Assembly: GCF_035594765.1 (NCBI RefSeq)
Contig: NW_026943824.1
Location: forward strand, 8,140,317-8,204,316
DNA length: 64,000 nucleotides
From: Anolis carolinensis
Lineage: Eukaryota
Direction: 5' to 3'
A program made the translations under genes and the position numbers. Under the pieces are notes generated by a model. That model was not told the DNA's origin. It saw nothing but the letters and a program-made list of their open reading frames with translations, and made no database searches. Position 1 is the stretch's first letter. Each line of letters opens with the position of its first letter. Of the stretch, positions 24,901-34,906 are shown one piece after another.

Positions 24901-26421
24901 ACTATTATAATTGTATATTTATATTACATGCAATATTACTAATAATACTGTAATATAATAGTGTAATATAATATATTATATGTATGTATATACTTGTAAA
25001 CCGCTCTGAGTCCCCTTCGGGGTGAGAAGGACGGGATACAAATGTCGCAAATAAATCTATATATATAAAAGAGTGATGGCATCAGGGCAGCGGACAAAAC
25101 AACAAAACTACAGGCCCCCCAACCTCGAAATTTGACAACACAACCCATCATTCACGGCTCTAGGTTGATACAACAAAAAGAAAAGTAAAATAAAGTCCTA
25201 GTTACAGGGAGAGGAATAATAGTTTTTATCCAATTGCTGCCAGTTTGAAGGCTAAGCTCCGCCCATTTGGTCTCCTAGCAACCTCCTCAGCCCAGGGGAC
25301 AGGCACAGTTAGGCCTCACTTAGGCCTCTTCCACAGATTATCAGATTTTAACTGAATTATATGGCAGTGTAGACTCAAGGCCCTTCCACACAGTTATATA
25401 ACCCATTTAGAATCTTATATTATCTGCTTTGAACTGGATTATCTTGACTCCACACTGCCATATAATCCACTTCAGTGTGCATACTAAACATAAAGACAAC
25501 CATACAACAGACATTCAATACCATCACTACCTCAACAATTTCTCACCAACACCACCAGACAACGCCACAGCAACGCATGGCCGGTCACAGCTAGTAAATA
25601 ATAATAAGAGACCAAAAGCTTTGGAGAGTTTCTGTTCAACCATGTCAATGTTCCCTGCTTGAGCAGTGATGGCACAATCGTCAGCATAGATGATTTGAAG
25701 TTGAAGTCCAAAACACCTGGAGGGCCTAAGTTTGCCCATGTCTGGTCTAACCTCCTCCCTGCCTCATTCGCAGGTACTTTGGGGAGCTGGTCTCCGAGGA
25801 GGAGGCGCGGAGGAAGGAGGAAGAAGAGGCTGCCCCTGGCTACTGCTTCATGCTGGGCGCCCAGGTGACGTCACCCTCCCACTCTAGGCAGCGGGTCCCT
25901 CCTCTCCTCTCCTCTCCTCTGACCTCACCTCACCTCTCTCTCTCTGTCTCCCCCTGGAGGTCGGGCGCGGGTGCTGCCTAGACGGCCGTCGCTATGGCAA
26001 CGTGGCCCGCTTCTTGAACCACTCCTGCCGTCCCAACTTGGTGGCACTTCCAGTCTTCACGGGGCTGGAGGTCCCCGGAGTCGCCTTCTTCGTCTCCTCG
26101 AGGGGCATCCGGGCCGGGGAGGAGCTGGGGTGAGGAGGAGGCGTGGCTTCCACGGAGGGGCGTGGCCACGGAATCGAGGGCGGGGCCACCAGCGTTTGCC
26201 TTCTTTCCAGGTTCGACTACGGAGACGACTTCTGGGCGGCGCGACTGAGCCGAGGGATGTCCTGCCACTGTGGGGAGGCTCTCTGCCGCTTCCCTGCTTC
26301 TCGGGAAGCCCCGCCCCCTCAGGAAGCCCCGCCCCGCGGCTTCGCCTTCAAGACCCTGCGCTGCCCGGCTGAGAGGCAGGGAAAGGGGCGGGGACCTGTT
26401 GTAGCCCCTGCGGGCCAATAA
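21155..26421 (+). CDS. Unnamed EHMT (G9a/GLP)-like lysine methyltransferase: ~3-4 ankyrin repeats + pre-SET + SET + post-SET, ~474 aa, 13 coding exons
   Basis: Exons 21155-21167, 21259-21302, 21521-21661, 21745-21849, 22019-22173, 22280-22342, 22422-22569, 22723-22806, 22891-23003, 23093-23179, 25774-25864, 25960-26129, 26211-26421 total 1425 nt, open and phase-consistent. Motifs: TPLFWATE, NLCLHRAAFVG, DISRGLEALPIPCLNGVD, 9 pre-SET Cys, RGWAVRAMQDL, YFGELVS, YGNVARFLNHSCRPNL, GEELGFDYGDDFW, CHCGEALC. The two 5'-most exons are less certain than the rest. Confidence 0.88.
21315..21498. mobile_element. Palindromic hAT-type MITE (related copies or fragments at ~9233-9337, 22596-22660, 25695-25745, 26490-26667, 35404-35560, 62658-62795)
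   Basis: Near-perfect hairpin centred on CCCCTCAGCCGCTTAAGCGGCTGAGGGG, with arms GTTTTGGACTTCAACTCCC / GGGAGTTGAAGTCCAAAAC. Confidence 0.75.
21868..21900. repeat. (AG)n microsatellite
   Basis: Read directly from the sequence. Confidence 0.95.
23200..24170 (-). mobile_element. Vingi-like LINE RT/3' fragment, interrupted by an AT-rich L2-tail SINE (~23365-23612)
   Basis: Minus-strand translation includes KYLGVTLDRALTYEKHCLTIKQK...KLTGTTWGSQPETVKASALALGCSAAE, typical of ingi/Vingi-clade RT. Confidence 0.6.
24511..24819 (+). mobile_element. Sauria-type SINE
   Basis: tRNA-like head GGTGGCGAAGTGCGTTAAAGCACTGAGCTG...AGGTTCAAACCCC, conserved body, ACCTTT tail. Confidence 0.85.
25056..25594 (+). 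mobile_element. Non-autonomous Helitron
   Basis: Starts TC and ends CTAG, inserted between A and T, with a GC-rich subterminal segment GCATGGCCGGTCACAG. Related copies at 43039-43527 and 44916-45371. Confidence 0.75.
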
Positions 26422-26422
26422 A
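26417..26422 (+). terminator. AATAAA overlapping the TAA stop of the EHMT-like gene
   Basis: CAA TAA A: the stop codon lies inside the hexamer. Confidence 0.55.
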
Positions 26423-26873
26423 CGCCTGTTGAAGGAATTCGCCGGAGAGTGCCCGCCTCTTTTTTCGGAGTGGGCGTGGCCAAAGTTGAGGCAAACTTGG
26501 GCCTGTCAGGTGTTTTGGACTTCAACTCCCACCATTCCTAGCAGCCTCAGGCCCTTTCCTTTTCCCCCTCAGCCGCTTAAGCGGCTGAGGGGGAAAAGGA
26601 AAGGGCCTGAGGCTGCTAGGAATGGTGGGAGTTGAAGTCCAAAACGCCTCAAAGGCCCAAGTTCGCCTCTAGGAATTGGGCCTTCTCTGGTTGAGCCAGA
26701 ACAGGCCTCCTTGGCAGCCCCTCACTTGGGCCAGGCCTCTCCCCTCAGGTTGATGATGATGATGATGATATGAGAGGCTGCGTTGGCGAGGGAGGGCCGG
26801 CAGGGGGCAGCTGAGAGGCCTCCACTTCCTCGGCTGGAGAACCCTGCAGAGCCTCCTCCTCCTCTTTTGCACC

Positions 26874-29800
26874 ATGACCATCAGCGCCCTCCGCCCCGGA
26901 GCAGGGGGCAACTCCCGCCTGCAGCTGCCCTGCCTGGCCAAGGCAAGATGGGGACAAGGGGTGGGGGACATGCGGAGGGAATTGCTCCCCCAACCTTGGA
27001 TCCCTGCCTTCCTCCCTCCATCTCTCCCTCTTGGCTTCCTTTGCAGATGGAGCGGGTGGTGGTTGGCATGCAGGACCCAGACATGGGCGTCAAGGTGCGC
27101 AGTCAGCGCCTCCTCATCACCGTCATCCCCCACGCCCTTACTGGTAAGCAGGGTGGAGGGAAAGGGGAGAGCAGCAGCAGCCCCTCCCCTTTCCTATAAC
27201 CCCCTGACTTGGCCCCTTCTCCCCCCAATTAGGGAGTGACATTGTCCAGTGGCTGGTCCAGAAGTACGCCATTTCCGAGGAAGGTGAGCCCTGGTGACTC
27301 CTTCCCCCTTCCCTGGGCCCATAACCCTTGTTGGGAAACGTGTTAGGCTCAAAATAATCCTCACTTGGGGCAATTCCACCATAAATATAGCAGATTACCA
27401 GAAGTGGTGGCACAATGCGTTAAAGCACTGAGCTGCCGAACTTGCGGACCAAAAAGTGCCAGGTTCAAATCCCGGAAGCGGCTTAAGCGCCCGCTGTTAG
27501 CCCCAGCTCCTGCCAACCTAGCAGTTCGAAAACATGCAAATGTGAGTACCGCTCCAGTGGGAAGGCAACGGCGCTTCATGCAGTCATGCCGGCCACATGA
27601 CCTTGGAGGTGTCTACGGACAACGCCGGCTCTTTGGCTTAGAAATGGAGATGAGCACCAATCCCCAGAGTCGGTCACGACTGGACTTAATGTCAGGGGAA
27701 ACCTTTACCTTTACCCTACCAGAAGTAAACTTCGTAACCAGCAAAAGGATTCTGGGCTGGCCTGCCTCGGACTCTCTGTACTTCCAACAGGACTTTGGTA
27801 ACTGACTTCCATAGTAAATGACTGACGTGTTGCCTATCTTTTACTGCACTTTATTCCTTAGCCAGCCATAGTTTCCCTTGTTTATGCCTCCCCTAGCACT
27901 TTAATTGGGACAATAGTTTTGGTATTGTTCCCCCCCCCCCACCCACCCATTGTATCTGACACTACTGACACTCTCTTTGGCCCAGTTCCTTTTAGGAGCC
28001 AATCCAGGATTTTATCAAAGTACAGTATGTCTATTTTATGTGACCTTATTAGTTTTATGATTTGTTTTATTGTTGTGTTTTGTATTTATTTATTTACAGT
28101 ATTTATATTCTGCCCTTTTCACCCAGGGCGGATCACATTATATACATATAGGGCAAACATTCAATGCCCATACACACATAGAACCGAGACAGAGACAGGC
28201 ACAGAGGCAATTTAACCTTCTCCTGAGGGGATATTCGATTCTGGCCACGGGGGTGAGCAGCTGCTTCATCATCCATTGTGACGGCACTTCCTCATTCCAA
28301 CGTCGTAAATTAGTTAAATTTGCCTCCCCACTTTATAAGTGGTACCTTATTTCCTACTTGATAGATGCAACTATCTTTCGGGTTGTTAGGTCAGCAACGA
28401 GCAGGGGCTATTTTTTATTTTTTAATTGACGGGTGCTCACCCTGCCACGGGCTGGCCTCGAATTCATGACCTCATGGTCAGAGTGATTTATTGCAGCAGG
28501 CTGCTTACCAGCCTGCGCCACAGCCCGGACCCATGCCTTTTTGGCCTGGGCTTGGCCCCATGTAAGCCGGCCCGAGTCCCTTCGGGGAGACGGGGCGGGG
28601 TATAAAAATAAAATTATTATTATTATTGGGGCCCTTCCTGCCTCCCTGCAGAGGGTCCCTTCAGGACACTGCAGGGCCGGGATCTTGTGTGCCCCCTTTA
28701 CCCTTCTCTTCTCCCCCCAAATCCAAAGAGGCCCTCCACCTGGGCAACCTGATTGTGCGGCATGGCTACATCTACCCACTGAAGGACCCCCGCAGTCTGG
28801 CCCTGCGCCCAGATGAGACCCCCTACCGCTTCCAGGTGAGTCGGAGGGGCTCCTCCAGCGCCACCCCCAGAGGCCGTTGGGCTTCGACGAGGGGGACACA
28901 ACATGCACAGACACCCCTTTCTACCTCTGTTGCCCACAGACGCCCTATTTCTGGATGAGCACCAAGTGGCCGGCCACAGAGCTGGATTATGGTGAGCCCC
29001 CACTCCCAGCCCCTGTGTTTGGGGGGCAGCAGGGGAGAGTGAGGGTTAAACGCTTTGAGCCATAACTAGTCCTTCTCTTTCCAGCCATCTACCTGGCCAA
29101 GAGGAACATCCGGAAGCAGGGGGAGCTCATTGGGCATGAGAAGGTGGGCAGCCCATGAGAGTTGGGGGGCTGCAGTGCCAAGAAGGGGTGGAGGCGTCTA
29201 TGGGTCTGACATGCCCCCTCCCCCTACCCTTGGGCACCTTGCAGGATGACTACAATCAGCTGCACAAGAGGATCAACCACAGCTGGGACTTCGTGGTCAT
29301 GCAGGCCAGGGAGCAGCTCCGGTGAGTAGTACTCCGTATCTACCAACTGGAGTGCCCAGCATCCCCACCCCATTGGCAGTGGAAGAGGAGGGGAGCTGCC
29401 ATGGCCACACAAGGGTCTTTGGGAAGCTGGGGGTGGAGATGGCATCCCCCCAATCCCCTCTTCTCTCCTCTCCTGCTTCTCAACAGGGCGGCCAAGCAGA
29501 GGCGAAAGGGTGACCGTATTGTCATCGAGTGTCAGGAGCAGGCCTATTGGCTGGTCAACAGGCCCCCCGTGAGTGAATTATTGGGGCGGGGGGTGAGGGA
29601 GGGGGGCAGGGATGCCCTTCACCAGCAGCACCAGTTGCCCCTCTCTGCTGATTTTGTGGGGGGGGGGGGGGATTTGCAGCAGCTGAGACAAGGTTGCTTG
29701 ACCACCATCCCTCTTGCCCTTGAGTCCCATGGTACTGAGAGACCAGCGATCCCGTAATGTGGAGGTGCTCTTGTGGATATGGATGGGGGGTGTCTCTGGG

Positions 29801-32800
29801 GGGTCTGTCTTCCTCCCCCCAAAAGGATGGGGCCGAGGCAGACCCCAAAGGTTCTCTTTCTTTCTTTGCAGCCTGGGGTCTCAAACGTCTTGGAGCAGGG
29901 CCCTGAGCGCCGGAACTGCCATAGCACCCGAGTGCAGCTGGTAAGGGGGGTGGGGAATGGGTTCCTCTCTTGGGGTCCATTTATTGGGTCTGGGGGTGGG
30001 GCCATCCTTGCTTTCTTTTGGCCTACTGTGCTCTCTGGGCAATGGGGGTGGTCAAATGTGTGGGATGGTATCAGTCTGTGTCTGCACTGTTGACCTTACT
30101 AACTGACTGGTGTCTGCTGCGTCTTGTCTGTGGCTAAAGTGCGGGCGGGGGGAGCAGTGGGGGAGTAGACCCCCTCCCACGGCCTCCTTTTCTTGATCTG
30201 TGTGAAGGCGCTCCTTAATTGTGTGTTGGGGAGGGGGTCTTGTGTGCTTCTGCTGGGGGAATGGGGAGGAGCTGCTTGTGTCTCTGCCTGTTCCCCTGTC
30301 TGCCCCCCCCTCCTCAACTGACTTTTTCGGGGCCTGACCTTTCTTCTCTTGTGTCCTGCTTTGTCCGTCTGTCCACCTGTCCACGTAAGTCACTAACACT
30401 GCTGCTGATGTGTTGCTCAGGGGGGTTGGAGGGTCCATGGGCCTTGCTGGGGGGGGGGGGGGCAGCAGAGGGGCCTCCTCCATTAAGCAGACTGGGGCCT
30501 GCTCTTCCTATTCCCTCTCCCCTCTGCCTGGCTATCCTATCTGCTGATGGCCAGTTGGGGCATTGCCTATTTGCCCCTCTGTGTGACAGAAGGCGGGGAG
30601 CAATTGCTGGGGAGGAGGGTGGTGGGACACACAGAATGGACCTGATTGCTCTCTGTCTCTCCTTCTTGCAGGAGAAGAACACTGACTTCTATAAGCGGGA
30701 GGTGAGTGAGTGAATAAGGCTTCTGGGGTGTTGTGTGGTTTCAGGGCTGTATGGCCATGTTCTAGCAGCATTTTTCCTGGCAAGGAGACAAAACCCCAGT
30801 GATTCCAGCCATGAAGGCCTTCAACAGTATACTGTGAAGAAGCCTCCTGGGGTTGTACGCCTCCCCTGACCCCCTTCTCCCTCCCGCAGATCCGCTACTT
30901 CCGTGCGGCCATGGTCCGCACTCGCGTCAAGTCCTCCGTCTGCCTTGAAGGGTGAGTGAGTGGGTACAGACCACGGCCATTGTCCCCTGGCGCTTGGTCT
31001 CTGCCAGCTGCATGTCCCACCTGTGAAAGGTTTCCACAGATGCGGATGGGGAAGCACTCCGTGTGGATAGTCATGCAGGCCGGGGTCAGATTGCAAGTCC
31101 TTCCTGCCCCCAATCTTAGTCTGAAGGCAGTGTAGTTGGATGATATTTACCTCAGCACTGGGTCCCAACCATGTTTTGGGGATCTATCATTCCCCTCAGT
31201 GCTTTGGATCCTCCATCTTGCCCTCCTCAGGGGCTTCCTGTCACTCATAATTTTATTTATTTATTTACAGCATTTATATTCCGCCCTTCTCACCCCGAAG
31301 GGGATTCAGGGCAGATCACATTGCACACATAAAGTCAAACTTCAATGCCTTAACATAGAACAGAAACAGAGGCAAGATGCAGGCACGGGCTGGCCTCGAA
31401 CTCATGACCTCTTGGTCAGTGATTTGTTGCAGCTGGCTGCTAACCAGCCTGCGCCACAGCCTGGCTTTATAACCCAACGCTTCCTTGACTCCCCTTTGTA
31501 GTTACATCCGGTTCAATGAGCAGTATGTGCCCCATGACCCCGTTATGTCCGGCTGCCTCCCCAGCAACCCCTGGATCACAGGGGATACCATGTACTGGAC
31601 CATGAATGCCCCCACGTAAGCACAGCCTCCCCCAGACCCAGGGGTAAAGGGGGCAGTGGGTGGGTGAGGGGGCTCCACACCCAAAACGGTCTGCCCATTT
31701 ATTCCAGGGTGACTGCTCCCACCAAGCTGCGGGTGGAGCGCTGGAGTTTTGGCTTCAGTGAGCTCATAGGGGACCCCCTTGGCCGTGTCCAGCTCTTGGA
31801 GTTCCTCAAGAAGGAGTTCAGTGGTGAGACAAGGAAGGGATGTATGTGCATTGAGAAGAGGGCATTGGGTGCAGCAGTTCAAAGGAATAACTGCCTGGTG
31901 CTGTGGCCTTGCAGCCCCGATTGGTGTCCAGACCCTTATAGCTGACATGGGATCTAAAATAAGGGAGTATTGACCATGAAAATTCCCCCTGCTCCTTTTT
32001 CCTCTGTGCAGCTGAGAACCTGAGCTTCTGGGAGGCCTGTGAGGAGCTGCGCTACGGAGAGCAGGGGCGCATCGCAGAGATCGTGGACTCCATCTACCAG
32101 TGAGAGAGCGTGCCCCCTTCTTCCCTTTGGGGCTCAGAACAGTAGGGCTGGAGGTGCCTCCTTTGTCCCCCCTCCCCACACTTTCAAGGCTTGAGGTGGG
32201 GTGTTGTGTTGTTTCCAGGTTGTATGGATGTGTTCTAGCAGCCTTTTCTTCTGGAACGTCAGGGGAAAATGCTGCCACAACATGGCCATAAAGCCCGGAA
32301 ACCACACAACACCCAAGTGATTCCGGCCGTGAAAGCCTTTGACAATGCCTTGTTGAGGTGCCCCTTCTGTTTCCCTCCATCCCTCCCTCTCTTTCAAGGC
32401 AGTTCCTGGCCCCTGGAGCCACCCGCTGGGTCAACATTGACAGCAAGACCATGGAGCGGACCCTGGAGGGCATCAAGACCCCGCATCGCTACGTGATGGA
32501 TGACGCCCAGATGCACATCTACATGCTGATGAAGAAGGTGATTGACAGGAGGCAGGGCGGGAGCTTTGCAACACCCTTCTTTGGGGTTCCTCCAGGACAC
32601 GGAGGTTTGGCCCTACACCTCTCAACTCTCTTCTTAACCCCCATCCCCGAAATCAGGATTCGTACCCCCGTTTCATCAAGTCTGACCTCTACAAGAACCT
32701 GCTGGCGGAGGCCATCATCCCTCCGGAGACCAAGAGGCGGTGAGTGGGGGGGGGGGGTCAGTGGGGAGGAGGGGGTGACTGAGGGGAGGGGCTCAGGCAG

Positions 32801-32960
32801 GAGGAGGGCAATTGCTCTGACCCCTGACCCCCCCCTTTCCAGCGTGTTTCCCTTCATGCGCAAGCCCCGCCATGCCAGCCCCAGCCCCGCCCTGCAGCAG
32901 CTGCCTCCGGGGGACTCCGAGGGTCGAGCGGAGCCGGAGCAGCCGGAAGGAGGCACCTAG
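26874..32960 (+). CDS. RGS11: Regulator of G-protein signalling 11 (DEP-DHEX-GGL-RGS, ~470 aa, 17 exons)
   Basis: Exons 26874-26942, 27047-27143, 27233-27283, 28729-28835, 28940-28991, 29085-29143, 29245-29321, 29487-29568, 29872-29940, 30672-30701, 30890-30951, 31502-31615, 31708-31823, 32012-32099, 32399-32537, 32657-32739, 32843-32960. Peptides [64 protein letters not shown]. Synteny agrees. Confidence 0.96.
27400..27718 (+). mobile_element. Sauria-type SINE
   Basis: Same family as 24511-24819. Confidence 0.85.
28080..28530 (-). mobile_element. SINE with an L2-like tail (family also at 19441-19905, 31255-31462, 52005-52220)
   Basis: Shared segments TATTTATATTCCGCCCTT...CCTCGAACTCATGACCTC...CTGCGCCACAGCC. 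Confidence 0.55.
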
Positions 32961-34906
32961 CCTTTGTGGGGAAGAAGGAACGAAGGAAGGAATAAAGGGA
33001 GAGAGGCAGTTGTTTCGTCCCAGCAATTATGCTCCTTTGGATCCAGACTGGGCCCCCTCTCTCCTCTCCAAGCACATGGAGCAAGGCCTACTTACTATGC
33101 ACCCCTTCTGCTGCCTCAGTGCCCAGAATAACAGTCCTCGCTCCCGGCTGAGCCGCCTTTCCTCAGGAATCCCCACTCTCTTCTGCCTCACTGACTCCCC
33201 TCTGTGGGCTTTTGGTCACTGTGCCTCACCCCCATTCCTCTTTTGTGCACGACAGGCAATAAACCCCCTTTTGAGACCAAGGTGGTGGTCTTCCTTGTAT
33301 CTGGGCCCTGCAGGTGCTGAAAGGGAAGGGGGCTCCTATTGTTTGGGAAGCAGCCCTGGCTCCAGCCCCAGCAGAGGGGAGGAGAGGTCTGATCCATCCA
33401 GCCTTCTTTCAGGAAACTCTCTCTCTCTCTTCCTCCTCCCCAATCCCAGTGCTCCACATCTGGGGCTCAGCAGGCATTTGCAGCCTGCAGTTTAAGAGGA
33501 TTAGTGGCTGGAAAAGAACAGGGTCAGGTGGACGAGGGCCAGGGGTACTTCCCTGCCAGCCACAATTATCAGCAGCCATCCTTTGTGGCCCCATTTCCCC
33601 TCAGACGCCAAAGCATTTCAGGCAAACAAGGGGAGGGGGCTTCTTGTGGGGCAATGCCCCTTGCCTCCCGCTTAGCCCTCCATGTGACTCTGGGCAATCA
33701 CTAGCTAATCCTGGGCTCAGAAGATGACAGGGAAGCCTTGGGGGGGGGGTGCTGGGGGGGGGGCACTTGGTGCAGGAAATGCACCCTCAAATTCTTGGCT
33801 CCATCTCCAAGTGGGGCTGGAAGGGCCCTATGGATGCTTCCCAGCCAAGTGGATCAACAAGAGGTGGCCTGGAAAGCCAAATCCCTTGGGAAAAGGCGGC
33901 AGAAGGGCAGGGGCTTATGCAGATGTGCGTCATCCACAAAACTCAGGAAGGGGGGGGGCAGGTTCACAGGCAGCAATGGTCAGAGCAGATGGAATGAAGC
34001 AGCCTCCCTGCCGCCACCACCCGGCTGAGAAAGAGAGAGGGCACAGGGTCCAGCCATAAGTAGAGAGGCAACCCATTTATTTAATCCGTGGCATCAGTCC
34101 ATCTGTGGCAGAACAGTCCAGGAGCCCATTTGCACAGCCCAAATCCCTCTGATTGGCTCCAGCAACAAAGGCAGTCTCCCTGATGGATGCTCTCCTTCAG
34201 CAGCAATGGGTGGAGGAATGAGCAAAAAAAAACAACAACAACAACAACAACAACACCCAAATGGCCCCAGGGAGGCTCCCCAAGGGCCCCTGCATCTTAA
34301 AAGGCCCTGTTGGCTTTGGGGGAGAAGCAGCCCCACAATCCCCCCCGGAAGGCACTGGGGAAAAGTCTTTGGGGGGCCATGGCGGTACCAGAGCCAACAG
34401 TTCAAGGAAGGGGGCAACAAGGTGCAACTCTCCCATGAGGCTGCCACTGTCCCCGAGGTCTAACCCCCTACCACTCTGTTAGAATAAAATAATAAAACTA
34501 TCTGTATCCTGTCCCATTTCCAGTCTGGGGACTCGGGACGGCTCACAAAAAATGGCAGCCTTAAATGCCAAAAGTACATAACAAATAAAACAAATAATTA
34601 ATATGACACAGATAAACAAGATAAACAATCACAAATAAGGCTTCCTGTGGCTGCGTCTTGCTTGGCCTCAACACATTCATATGCACACGTGCCACAGAAA
34701 CACTGACGCAAACAGAGTCCCTTTGGCTCACAGTCGTTCTGTTGGTGCCTGCTGCTGGCGCCTCCCAAGGAAAGGGCTGCCGTGAAGCCTCTTGCGTGAC
34801 AAAGACCCCCGCAGATATGCCCCACAGCTCTTCTGCCAGGCCCTTCCCGCCCTCCCTCTAGGGTCTCTGGGTGGCCTCCCCCTTGCAGCGCCTGCCGGAG
34901 TGGGGT

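Noticed and set aside
21155-26421. Interpretation of the SET gene as a processed pseudogene or as SUV39H/SETMAR/SETDB
   Set aside because: It keeps EHMT-type introns and an open frame. Ankyrins directly before the pre-SET are EHMT-specific, and there is no chromodomain, transposase or split SET.
31502-32476. 324-aa minus-strand ORF
   Set aside because: It is the antisense shadow of GC-rich RGS11 exons and introns, includes repeat sequence, and has no recognisable domain.
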